Below, one piece after another: positions 1 through 8,420 of a stretch of DNA of 41,073 nt (its first letter is position 1; every line of letters starts with the position of its first letter). This DNA comes from Planctomycetaceae bacterium (lineage in GTDB: Bacteria > Planctomycetota > Planctomycetia > Pirellulales > UBA1268): contig JBJTIE010000016.1 of assembly GCA_046094845.1 (NCBI GenBank), positions 1-41,073 on the forward strand, written 5' to 3'. A model generated the notes under the pieces. It saw nothing but the letters and a program-made list of their open reading frames with translations. It searched no databases and was not told the DNA's origin. Made by a program: the position numbers and the translations under genes.

Positions 1-57
1 CCGAATGCCACGGGCCCTGGCTATTCCGCTGTGGGGCGACCTCCTGTAGCGTGGGTC

Positions 58-189
58 GGGGTTGCCCATGCCCCGTCGCCGGACGCTCGCTGCGGACATC
101 CTGTCCTTCGCTCGCTCGATGCCGCCTTCGCTTCGCCATCCGGGCTGCGCTCGGCGGCAACCGCCGGCTCCTGGGGCATGGGCAACCCC
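58..189. repeat. MITE/REP-like palindromic element, family A, copy 1
   Basis: The terminal inverted repeats are GGGGTTGCCCATGCCCC (58-74) and GGGGCATGGGCAACCCC (173-189). The interior aligns by eye with the copies at 2251-2384 (inverted), 8194-8326 and 12148-12277. Confidence 0.8.
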
Positions 190-199
190 TCCGGTCCAT

Positions 200-1249
200 A
201 TGATCAGGCACATGCTTCGCACTCCTCAGATGCCGACGCGGATGTTGGCCGACCTCTTCGGGCGGCTGGCGATCGCGCTCGGGGCGGGCGTCGACCTGCG
301 ACGGGCATGGTCGTCGGAGACATCGCGGGTGCCGGCGCGGTGGCGACCGGCGATGGATCAGGTGGCACGCGGGCTCGCCTGCGGCGATGCACTCGCACCG
401 TCGCTCCGCAATGCCGCGGGAGTGTTTCCGCCACTCGTGTGCAGCGTGGTGGAACTGGGCGATCGCACCGGTCGCGAGCCGGAGATCTTTCGCAACCTTG
501 CCGCATCATTGATGGAGTCGGATCGGGCGACGCGGCAGCTGCGGGCCGCCCTCGTGAAGCCGGCGCTGCAGCTGCTCGCGGCTGCCGCTGCGGTGGGTGT
601 GCTCATCGTCGTGTCGGGATCGATCGGCGATTTGGATGGTCGCCCCGTCGATATTCTTGGACTGGGGCTCACGGGCATGCCGGGGCTCGTGCGCTATCTC
701 GCGATCCTCGGACTGGTGCTGGGCGCCGCATTGATCACCATGCCGCTGGCCGCGCGCAGCTGGCGAGACCGCGGCGTCGTGCGGCAGCTGGCCGCGCGGC
801 TGCCGGTCATCGGGCCGGCGCTGGTGGCCGGCGAGTCGGCCGCCTGGTGTCGGGCGGCGGCGCTCGCTGGCCATGCGGGACTCGACCCCGGCAGGCTCGT
901 GGAACTGGCTGCCGGTGCCGCGCCGGGGCTGCGCATCTCCGCGGCCGAGATCGAATCGCGGCTCCGAGCCGGCGCCACGCTCGATGCGGCGCTCGCGGCC
1001 AGCCGCCGGCTGCCGCCACGGGTGATCGAGGCGGTGGGCGTGGGGGAGTTGACCGGCACCATGCCGGAGACGCTCGATCGGCTGACGCCCCAACTCGACG
1101 AGGAGTCCCGCGCCGGGATGGCCGCTGCCGTCACGCTGGTCGGATGGGCGGTCTGGGCGGCGGTGGCACTGCTCATCGCCCTGATCGTCGTGCGATTCTT
1201 CTCGTTCTACGCCGGCCTCATCGAGGCCGCCGGCCGGCCGCTTCATTGA
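200..1249 (+). CDS. Type II secretion / type IV pilus platform protein, GspF/PilC family
   Basis: The product has two GspF-type helical domains (LADLFGRLAIALGAGVDLRRAW...VELGDRTGREPEIF and LPVIGPALVAGESAAW...GVGELTGTMPETLDRL) plus hydrophobic TM segments. The track ORF starts at 62, but residues 1-46 are a translation of repeat copy 1. I place the start at ATG 200; ATG 212 is an alternative. Confidence 0.75.
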   Translation: MIRHMLRTPQMPTRMLADLFGRLAIALGAGVDLRRAWSSETSRVPARWRPAMDQVARGLACGDALAPSLRNAAGVFPPLVCSVVELGDRTGREPEIFRNLAASLMESDRATRQLRAALVKPALQLLAAAAAVGVLIVVSGSIGDLDGRPVDILGLGLTGMPGLVRYLAILGLVLGAALITMPLAARSWRDRGVVRQLAARLPVIGPALVAGESAAWCRAAALAGHAGLDPGRLVELAAGAAPGLRISAAEIESRLRAGATLDAALAASRRLPPRVIEAVGVGELTGTMPETLDRLTPQLDEESRAGMAAAVTLVGWAVWAAVALLIALIVVRFFSFYAGLIEAAGRPLH

Positions 1250-1340
1250 TCGACGCCCCCGACACCCGATATAAGCCCTGAGCGGAAGCGAGGGGATCGA
1301 GCAGGCGAGAGTCGATGCATCATGACGAGGAGGAACTGAC

Positions 1341-2210
1341 ATGAGCCGCGTGTTCCGAGCGTGTGTGTGGCTGGCCGTGTGTGTGGGCAGCGCGGCGGCG
1401 GTGTGGGCCGACGAGGCGGCCACTGCCCCGACGCATGCCGAGCGGATGGCGAAACTCGGGCTCTCACGGTACGAGGGCGGCTGGCGGACTCGGCAGGAGA
1501 TCGAGCTGCTCGAGCGAGCCGACCGTGAGGCGGCGACTGCGCGAGAATGGAAGGCCCGTGTCGAGAAGCTTCGCGGCCGGCTCGAGCGGCCCGATGACAT
1601 GGAACGGGCCAAAGAAGAGCTCCGCGGGCTCTCCGACCCGGCAGCAGCGCCGGCGGTCGCGACGCTCTTGGCCCAGGAGCAGGTGCAGCGTGTCCGCGGG
1701 CTGCTCGTCGAAGCACTCGGCCGGATGCGGTCGCAGGATGCGTTCGCCACGCTCGTCGCGGTGGCGCTCGATCATCCCGATCCGGAGACCCGCCTCGCCG
1801 CCACGGAGCAGCTCGCGGCCAGCGCGCCGGAGGTGGCCGCCCCGCGACTGGTGGCGGCGCTCGGCAGTGCCGACAACGCGCAGGTGAACCGGGCGGCCGA
1901 GGCACTCGGCCGGCTCGGCGTCGTGTCGGTCGCTCCCGCGCTCGTCGCCAGCCTCGAGACGCAGCACGTCACGATGCCCGGTGCGGGTGGCCAGCCCGGC
2001 TCGATGTCGGTGACGTTCACGCCGTCGGGCGGCGGCCTCTCGATGGGGGGCGGCCCGAAGCCGGTGAAGGTGAAGGCCCGCAACGAGCAGGTGCTCGCCG
2101 CGCTCGTGCAGCTCACGGGCGCCAACTTCCAGTGGGACATCGCCGCCTGGCGCGACTGGCTCGCCACCCAAGCCCGCCCAGCTGCCGACATCGACCTCCG
2201 GCGCGGGTAG
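1341..2210 (+). CDS. Secreted HEAT-repeat protein
   Basis: The N-terminus is a signal peptide (MSRVFRACVWLAVCVGSAAAVWA). HEAT/PBS-lyase-like repeats follow (DPAAAPAVATLL, HPDPETRLAATEQLA, SADNAQVNRAAEALGRLG). A purine-rich GAGGAGGAA lies upstream of the ATG. Confidence 0.6.
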   Translation: MSRVFRACVWLAVCVGSAAAVWADEAATAPTHAERMAKLGLSRYEGGWRTRQEIELLERADREAATAREWKARVEKLRGRLERPDDMERAKEELRGLSDPAAAPAVATLLAQEQVQRVRGLLVEALGRMRSQDAFATLVAVALDHPDPETRLAATEQLAASAPEVAAPRLVAALGSADNAQVNRAAEALGRLGVVSVAPALVASLETQHVTMPGAGGQPGSMSVTFTPSGGGLSMGGGPKPVKVKARNEQVLAALVQLTGANFQWDIAAWRDWLATQARPAADIDLRRG

Positions 2211-2250
2211 CGCCAGCTACTGGCAACGATTGCGAACCAAACCGCCGTGA

Positions 2251-2384
2251 GGGGCTGCCCATGCCCCGAGAGCCGGCGTATGCCGCCGAGCGCAGCCAGG
2301 ATGGCGAAGCGAGGGCGGCATCCGAGCGAGCGGAAGGCATGGATGCCTGTAGCGAGCGTCCGGCGACGGGGCATGGGCAGCCCC
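2251..2384. repeat. MITE/REP-like palindromic element, family A, copy 2 (inverted relative to copy 1)
   Basis: The ends are GGGGCTGCCCATGCCCC (2251-2267) and GGGGCATGGGCAGCCCC (2368-2384). It lies between two convergent genes. Confidence 0.8.
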
Positions 2385-2476
2385 GAACCCACGCCACAGG
2401 AGGTCGCCCCGCTGCGGAATAGTGCGGGCCTGCGGTGTTCAGACCGGGGGCCGCATGCGGAGCATGCGGACTACGG
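2385..2476. repeat. Repeat family B segment, directly abutting family A copy 2
   Basis: The reverse complement of 2419-2476 matches 27658-27715 closely (ccgtagtcc.catgctccgcatg.ggccc.cggtc.gaacaccgcaggcccg). The reverse complement of 2385-2445 matches 1-57. Confidence 0.6.
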
Positions 2477-2495
2477 TCGGACGGTAAGCGAGCCG

Positions 2496-3854
2496 TTATG
2501 CGGCGCGGTCGCTCGTGATGGCGGCGGGGCGGCGGCGTCTGGGGACCCAGGCGGCGTCGAGCACGAGCGTGGCCACGCGGTTCTCGAGGTTGGGTCGAAA
2601 CACCACGAGCAGGAGCACCGGCAGATACCAGGCCATGAACAGGCCGCCGTTGTGGGCCTTCCAGAACTGACTGCCCAAGAGCACCGCTGCCGAGCAGCTC
2701 ATCAGCGTGCCCAGGTTCTTGGGTGCCGGCCAGATCGCGAGCGTGGCGATCATCGCCACGAATGCGGCGAGCACCGGCAGCCGGAACACGGGGTCGTAGG
2801 CCGGCAGCGACCAGAAGCCCTCCAGCAGCACTTCGTTGGGCATGATCCAGCCGAACATCTGCCGCAGCTGGCCGAGAAACACGGTCGTGTCGGGCGACGT
2901 GAACCAGAGCGCCACGACCAGCGCGGCGAGCGCCGTCGCCACACCGAGCGCGAAGCGCCGCACGCCCCGCTCCCAGTAGAAGCTGCACCACAACGGGAGA
3001 AGGAACACGGGATAATAGATGGTGCCGATCGCCAGACCGATGAGGCTGCCCGCGATGAACGGGCTGCGATAGCTGGCCACGGCCCAGACGACGAGCGCGC
3101 CGGGCAGGGAGTGGTCGACGCGGCCGGTCATCGTGGCGGTGGAGGGGAGGAGCAGATAGAGCACGGCCGCCGCGATGCCCAGCCGCACGTTCTCAAAGTG
3201 CCGCCAGGCGATCACGATCATGCCCGAGACGATCGCCAGTTGGGCGATGATCGCCATCGTGCGGGCCGTGGTTTCGTGGGCGGAACGGCGGGTGGCGTCA
3301 CTGGCCGCAGGGGCCGCCGCGTCGTCGGCCGCGAACAGCCGTTGCGTCGAAATCTGGGGCAGGAGGAAGAGCAGGGGATAGCCGGGCCCCAGCTTCGCGA
3401 GCTGGCCGGCATCGACGTTGGCCTCGCCCGCCCGCAGCCGCTCGGCTGTCGCCGCAACGGCCACGTCGTCACGTTGCGGCCGCTTGGTGATCACGTTGGC
3501 CAGCAGGAACACCAGCAGCGCGATGCCGAGAAAGACCAGGCCCCCGGTCGTGAGGTTCGGCTCCAGCATCGGCCGCCGCACCATCGTCGAATCGAAGAGC
3601 ATCCGCAGCAGGAACAGGCCCGTCACGGCGAAGAGCCAGAGAAAGCCCAACTCGAGCGTCGATTCGCTCGCTTTGAAGGTCCCATACTCGACCGCCAGCA
3701 GTCCGGGGGCGAAGAGCAGGAGCCCGAGCAGATCGAGGTTGCGGATGCTCCACACGCGGTTGAACTTGAAGAACAACGCGATCGCCAGGAGCGACGACAG
3801 GTAGAACCACGTCGTGGGATTGACGGCGTAGTACTGGAAAAGGATGTCGCTCAT
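2496..3854 (-). CDS. Polytopic integral membrane protein of unknown function
   Basis: This is a 452-aa ORF with about 10 or more hydrophobic segments (LSSLLAIALFFKF, LLGLLLFAPGLLAV, LWLFAVTGLFLL and others). I recognise no catalytic motif. A GT-C-like fold is only a guess. Confidence 0.55.
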   Translation of the reverse strand: MSDILFQYYAVNPTTWFYLSSLLAIALFFKFNRVWSIRNLDLLGLLLFAPGLLAVEYGTFKASESTLELGFLWLFAVTGLFLLRMLFDSTMVRRPMLEPNLTTGGLVFLGIALLVFLLANVITKRPQRDDVAVAATAERLRAGEANVDAGQLAKLGPGYPLLFLLPQISTQRLFAADDAAAPAASDATRRSAHETTARTMAIIAQLAIVSGMIVIAWRHFENVRLGIAAAVLYLLLPSTATMTGRVDHSLPGALVVWAVASYRSPFIAGSLIGLAIGTIYYPVFLLPLWCSFYWERGVRRFALGVATALAALVVALWFTSPDTTVFLGQLRQMFGWIMPNEVLLEGFWSLPAYDPVFRLPVLAAFVAMIATLAIWPAPKNLGTLMSCSAAVLLGSQFWKAHNGGLFMAWYLPVLLLVVFRPNLENRVATLVLDAAWVPRRRRPAAITSDRAA

Positions 3855-3932
3855 GCCGGGATCGGGCGGAGACGGGGGCGGTCCGGACGAACCCGCCAGC
3901 CTACGGCCGCGACGGCCGGCGGGGAAGTTTGC

Positions 3933-5750
3933 CTACGGACGGAACGGCCAAATAAGGGGCGCGAGGGCGATGGTGATCGCCATCACGATCAGGTTCAGCG
4001 GTCCGCCAAACCGCATGTAATCACTGAATTTGTAGCCGCCGGGGCCGTAGATCATGAGGTTGGTCTGATAGCCCATCGGTGTGGCGAAGCCGCAGCTGGC
4101 TGCCACCGTGACCGCCATCACGAAGGGCATCGGGCTCACGCCGAGGTCGGCCGCGGTCTGCCAGGCGATCGGGAAGGTAAGCACGGCCGCGGCGTTGTTG
4201 CTCATCAGCTCGGTGAACAGCATCGCCACGAAATAGATCGCGGCCAGCACCACCCGCGGGTCGTCGCCCGCGGCCGCGATCGTGGAGTCGGCGATGGCCG
4301 CCGCCAGGCCGGTCTTCTCCAAGGCCCGCGCCAGACCGAAACTCGCCGCGATCAGAAGCAGCGATTCCCATTCGATCGACCGCCGGGCCTCGGTCGACGA
4401 GATGCAGCGGGTGGCCACGACCACGCCGGCCGCGACCAGCGCCGCCGCCACCATCGGCACGAGATTGAGCGTGGCCGCGAGCACCATGGCTGCCAGGACG
4501 GTCAGTGCGATCCAGGCACGGTCGTGCCGCGGCGTCGTCGAGTCGCTCACCTCGCTCACGAGATAAAAATGGCGGCTCGACCGCTGCCGCTCCCGAAACG
4601 TCGGGCCGGCCTCCAGGAGGAGCGTGTCGCCCGGCTGCAGGGCGATGTCGCCGATCTTCATCTGCAGCCGCTCGCCGTTGCGGGCCACCGCGATGACGAC
4701 CGCGCCATACGTGGAGCGGAACTGCCCCTCGCGAATCGTGCGGCCCACGAGCGGGCAGCTGTTCGACACCACCGCCTCGACGAGCTTCCGCTCGCTGCGT
4801 GGGTCGTCGAGCTTGAACACCTGGTCGGTCGCCGGCCGGAGGCCGCGGATCTTCTGCAGCTCGACGACGGAGTCGATCACGCCGACGAACACGAGGCGAT
4901 CCCCCTCCTCGAGCCGCTCCGTCGGCGCGACCGCGGCGATCACGTGGCCGCCACGATCGATCTCCATCAAAAACAGCCCGTCGAGGTGCCGCAGGCCGGC
5001 CGCCTCGATCGTGCGGCCCGCCAGCGGGCTGCCCGGCTCGACGAGCATCTCCAGCGAGTATTGCCGCGGGTCGTCGCTCTGGCTCATCGCCGGCCGTCGG
5101 TCCTTGAGCAGGAACCGGCTCGCCGAAACAAGGTAGATGAGGCCCACGGCGAACAGCGGCACGCCGAGCCAGGTGATGTCGAACATGCCCAGCTCACGGC
5201 CCGTCTTGTCCTCGACGAGGCCGCTCACGACCACGTTGGTGCTCGTGCCGATCAGCGTGCAGAGGCCGCCGAGGACGACCGCGTCGTTCATCGGCATCAG
5301 AAGCTTGGAGACGGCGAGCCGGTGCTTTCTCGCCCAGTCGCGGATCGCGGGCACCATGAGGGCCACGACGGGCGTGTTGTTCATGAAGGCCGAAAGGACG
5401 CCCGGCGCGATCATGGTGCGGAGCTGGGCGGAGGCCAGCGACGTGGGGCGGCCGAGGGCGCGATCGACGATCGCCGCGAGGGCGCCGGTGCGTTCCACAG
5501 CGGCGGCCACCACGAACAGGGCCGCGACGGTGACCATGCCCTCGTTGCTCATGCCCTTGAGGGCCTCGTCGGGCGTGAGCACGCCCGCCGCCATGAGGAG
5601 CACGACGCCGCCGAGCATCACCATGTCGGGCGCCCGCTGCACGAAGAGCAGCATCCCCAGCGACACGACGACCACCAGTGCCGTGAGCGCGGCCTGCCAT
5701 TCGGCCGGCCAGGGGTGCGGGAGTGCGGCGAAGAGATCCATGAGGACCAC
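3933..5750 (-). CDS. SLC13/DASS-family anion transporter with two central TrkA-C (RCK C-terminal) domains
   Basis: It has an N-terminal and a C-terminal permease half (FMNNTPVVALMVP, LFTELMSNNAAAVLTFPI). These flank two TrkA-C-like modules (LVEPGSPLAGRTIEAAGLR...EGDRLVFVG and VSNSCPLVGRTIREGQFR...PGDTLLLEG). Confidence 0.85.
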   Translation of the reverse strand: MVLMDLFAALPHPWPAEWQAALTALVVVVSLGMLLFVQRAPDMVMLGGVVLLMAAGVLTPDEALKGMSNEGMVTVAALFVVAAAVERTGALAAIVDRALGRPTSLASAQLRTMIAPGVLSAFMNNTPVVALMVPAIRDWARKHRLAVSKLLMPMNDAVVLGGLCTLIGTSTNVVVSGLVEDKTGRELGMFDITWLGVPLFAVGLIYLVSASRFLLKDRRPAMSQSDDPRQYSLEMLVEPGSPLAGRTIEAAGLRHLDGLFLMEIDRGGHVIAAVAPTERLEEGDRLVFVGVIDSVVELQKIRGLRPATDQVFKLDDPRSERKLVEAVVSNSCPLVGRTIREGQFRSTYGAVVIAVARNGERLQMKIGDIALQPGDTLLLEAGPTFRERQRSSRHFYLVSEVSDSTTPRHDRAWIALTVLAAMVLAATLNLVPMVAAALVAAGVVVATRCISSTEARRSIEWESLLLIAASFGLARALEKTGLAAAIADSTIAAAGDDPRVVLAAIYFVAMLFTELMSNNAAAVLTFPIAWQTAADLGVSPMPFVMAVTVAASCGFATPMGYQTNLMIYGPGGYKFSDYMRFGGPLNLIVMAITIALAPLIWPFRP

Positions 5751-5876
5751 ACTTTCCCCCGCCTCCGGCCATGACGCAAGGGCAAAGGGATGGGCCGCCG
5801 GCCCCCTCTGATCCGGCCGCCTCTGATAATGGCCGCAGAACTGAGCGGCGCGGTAGCCTGCGGGTGACAGTGAGCC

Positions 5877-6527
5877 GTGATCGCCACAGGAGCCAATTCC
5901 CCCATGTCAGCTGACCGCCAGCCGTTGACGTCCGAAAGATTCACCGAGTACTACGCGCAGCCCAAGGCGCCGTGGGATATCGGCCGGCCGCAGACAGCAT
6001 TCGTGGCGGCGGCAGACCGCATCGGCCAGCGGGTGCTCGACATCGGCTGCGGCACGGGCGATCTGGCGATCTGGCTCGCCGAGCAGGGGCGCGCCGTGAC
6101 GGGGATCGACTTCATCGATCCGCCCCTCGCCGTGGCCCGGCAGAAGGTGGCCGACCGGGGCGTGGCGGTCACCTTCCTGCGGATGGACGCGCTCGCCGTC
6201 GGGGAGATCCCCGAACGGTTCGACGCCGTCACCGACTGTGGGCTCTTTCACACGTTCGACGACACGGGGCGTGCGGCCTACGTGCACGGGCTCACGCGGC
6301 TCCTGGAGCCGGGCGGCCGCCTGTTCCTCCTTTGCATGTCGACGGCCGAGCCGGGGACGCACGGCCCCCGCCGCGTCAGCGAGGCGGAGTTGCGAGATGC
6401 GTTTCGCGCCGGCTGGGAGATCGAATCGCTCGAACCGGCTCGGTTCGAGGTGGTGCCGGGCATCGCTGGAGCGGAGTTCAGTCCGGGGGGCGCGCATGCC
6501 TGGTTCGCCGTCATGCGCAGGGCGTGA
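5877..6527 (+). CDS. Class I SAM-dependent methyltransferase
   Basis: Motif I is VLDIGCGTGDLAIWLAEQG, followed by an acidic post-I residue (GIDF) and motifs II/III (FDAVTDCGLFH, LEPGGRLFL). The track start is GTG 5877. ATG 5904, preceded by AGGAG, is an alternative. Confidence 0.75.
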   Translation: MIATGANSPMSADRQPLTSERFTEYYAQPKAPWDIGRPQTAFVAAADRIGQRVLDIGCGTGDLAIWLAEQGRAVTGIDFIDPPLAVARQKVADRGVAVTFLRMDALAVGEIPERFDAVTDCGLFHTFDDTGRAAYVHGLTRLLEPGGRLFLLCMSTAEPGTHGPRRVSEAELRDAFRAGWEIESLEPARFEVVPGIAGAEFSPGGAHAWFAVMRRA

Positions 6528-6555
6528 CGCCGGCCGGCTGTCGGAGGTCGTGAGG

Positions 6556-7461
6556 ATGCGGCTGTTTCCCTCGGATCGCTATCCGCTTCCGCTGCCCGAC
6601 GGACACCGGTTTCCCGCCGCGAAGTATCGGCTGCTGCGACAGCGGCTCGAGGGGCACGCGGCCGCCGGCGCACCGCTCGAGTTCGTGGAACCGCATGCCG
6701 CCACCGACGACGAGCTGCTCCGCGTCCACGACCGCGGCTACGTCGGCCGCGTGCTCGGGGGACGGCTCTCGCGCGACGAGATCCGCCGCATCGGATTCCC
6801 GTGGAGCCCGCAGCTCGTGGAGAGGTCGCTGCGGAGCACCGGTGCCGCGATCGACGCCGCCGCGGCCGCGCTCGCGGACGGCGTCGCGGCGAGCCTTGCC
6901 GGCGGCACGCATCACGCCGGCACCGACTGGGGCGAGGGCTACTGCGTGTTCAATGACACGGCCGTGGCGGCTCGCGAGATGCAGGCCCGCGGCGCCGTTG
7001 CGCGGGTCTTGATCCTCGACTGCGACGTGCACCAGGGCAACGGCACGGCGGAGATCTTCACGGACGACGACACGGTGTTCACGATGTCGATTCATGGCGA
7101 GAGGAATTTCCCGCTCCGCAAATACGCCAGTTCGCTCGACGTGGGCCTCGACGACGGCACAGGGGACGACGAGTATCTGACGAAGCTCGCCGCTGCGGTC
7201 GACGAGTCGTTCGAACGGGCCCGGGCCGACCTCGTGCTCTACATCGCCGGCGCCGATCCCTATGCCGGCGACCGGCTCGGCCGGCTGGCGGTGACGAAGG
7301 CGGGGCTCGCCGCACGCGATCGAATGGTGTTCGCCGCCGCGTGGGCCGCCGGCGTGCCCGTGGCCATCGTCTGCGGCGGCGGCTACTGCCCCGACCTCGA
7401 TGCAATCGTCGACATCCACGCCGCGACGATGCTCATGGCGGCCGGGATGCCGATCGGCTGA
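6556..7461 (+). CDS. Histone deacetylase-family (AcuC/HDAC-like) amidohydrolase
   Basis: The motifs GGTHHAGTDWGEGYCVFND, LILDCDVHQGNG and GADPYAGDRLG are typical of the arginase/deacetylase fold. The start is ATG 6556, inside the longer track ORF 6238-7461. Confidence 0.85.
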   Translation: MRLFPSDRYPLPLPDGHRFPAAKYRLLRQRLEGHAAAGAPLEFVEPHAATDDELLRVHDRGYVGRVLGGRLSRDEIRRIGFPWSPQLVERSLRSTGAAIDAAAAALADGVAASLAGGTHHAGTDWGEGYCVFNDTAVAAREMQARGAVARVLILDCDVHQGNGTAEIFTDDDTVFTMSIHGERNFPLRKYASSLDVGLDDGTGDDEYLTKLAAAVDESFERARADLVLYIAGADPYAGDRLGRLAVTKAGLAARDRMVFAAAWAAGVPVAIVCGGGYCPDLDAIVDIHAATMLMAAGMPIG

Positions 7462-7470
7462 CGATCGGCC

Positions 7471-8118
7471 TTACGGTGCGAGCCGTTCGAGGATCCAGCC
7501 GCCGCTCGCATCGCGGCGGAACTGCAGCCGATCGTGGAGCCGGCTGGGGCGGCCCTGCCAAAACTCGATCCGCTCGGGCACGAGCCGAAAGCCACCCCAG
7601 TGATCCGGCCGCGGGATCCCGGAATCATCAGGATGCTCCGCGCGAAACCGGGCGAACAGATCCTCCAGCGCCGCACGGCCGGCGATGACCGCGCTCTGCG
7701 GCGAACTCCAGGCGCCGATCCGCGACGTGCTCGGCCGGCTGGCAAAGTAGGCGTCGCTCTCGGCCGAGGTCGTTCGCTCCACCCGGCCCTCGATCCGCAC
7801 CTGCCGCTCGAGATCGGCCCAGTGAAAGGTCAGCGCGGCGTGCGGGTTCGCCGCGAGTTCCCGCCCCTTGCGGCTCTCGTAATTGGTGAAGAAGCAGAAG
7901 CCCTGCGGATCGAAGCCCCGCAGGAGGACGATCCGCGCAGACGGCCGGCCATCGGGCGTCGCGGTGGAGAGCGTCATCGCCTCGGGCTCGGGCACGCCCG
8001 CGGCGACGGCTGCGTCGTACCAGACGGCGAACTGGCGAATCGGATCGGCGGCGACGGTCGCCTCGTCGAGCGCTCCCTGCTCATATTCCTTGCGGGCGTG
8101 TGTGGCTCGGGGTTCCAT
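7471..8118 (-). CDS. pdxH: Pyridoxamine/pyridoxine 5'-phosphate oxidase
   Basis: The product matches the PdxH pattern along its whole length: [47 protein letters not shown] and a C-terminal [15 protein letters not shown]. Confidence 0.9.
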   Translation of the reverse strand: MEPRATHARKEYEQGALDEATVAADPIRQFAVWYDAAVAAGVPEPEAMTLSTATPDGRPSARIVLLRGFDPQGFCFFTNYESRKGRELAANPHAALTFHWADLERQVRIEGRVERTTSAESDAYFASRPSTSRIGAWSSPQSAVIAGRAALEDLFARFRAEHPDDSGIPRPDHWGGFRLVPERIEFWQGRPSRLHDRLQFRRDASGGWILERLAP

Positions 8119-8193
8119 GTCGGTAGCTCCGGAGGCAGATCAATAGAGTGCGGATCAACAGAGGGCTGACCACGATAGCGTAGGTGCCGGCCC

Positions 8194-8326
8194 GGGGCTG
8201 CCCATGCCCCGTCGCCGGACGCTCGCTGCGGACATCCTGTCCTCCGCTCGCTCGATGCTGACCGCGCTTCGGCATCCTGCCTACGCTTGTCAGCAAACGC
8301 CGGCTCTCAGGGCATTGGGCAGCCCC
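8194..8326. repeat. MITE/REP-like palindromic element, family A, copy 3
   Basis: The left end is GGGGCTGCCCATGCCCC (8194-8210). The right end is GGGCATTGGGCAGCCCC, finishing at 8326. It lies between the pdxH start and the helicase gene end. Confidence 0.8.
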
Positions 8327-8420
8327 GGGCCTCCGTTTGTGGTGCGCGGGTGGCGACGGCGCGACAGGTGCTTGCCCGTAAGCCGGAGCCGACGCCGGGA
8401 CGGCGGCGACGGCGCGACAG

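Noticed and set aside
62-199. The shared peptide MPRRRTLAADILS.ARSM at the start of ORFs 62-1249 and 8204-8734, which could look like a conserved N-terminal domain or leader peptide.
   Set aside because: It is the translation of the family A repeat, and copies 2 and 4 give the same words on other strands and frames. ORF 8204-8734 also runs antisense into the helicase gene. It is not a protein family.
2247-5774. A 1175-aa ORF on the plus strand.
   Set aside because: It runs antisense to two genes with clear family signatures, the polytopic membrane protein and the SLC13/TrkA-C transporter. Its translation is Arg/His/Glu/Gly-rich low-complexity sequence typical of shadow ORFs in high-G+C DNA, and it begins inside a repeat element.
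8352-8420. A possible CRISPR array or other short tandem array.
   Set aside because: Only two 16-bp copies are present, and nowhere in the window are there regularly spaced repeats of 24-40 bp. No cas genes are present.
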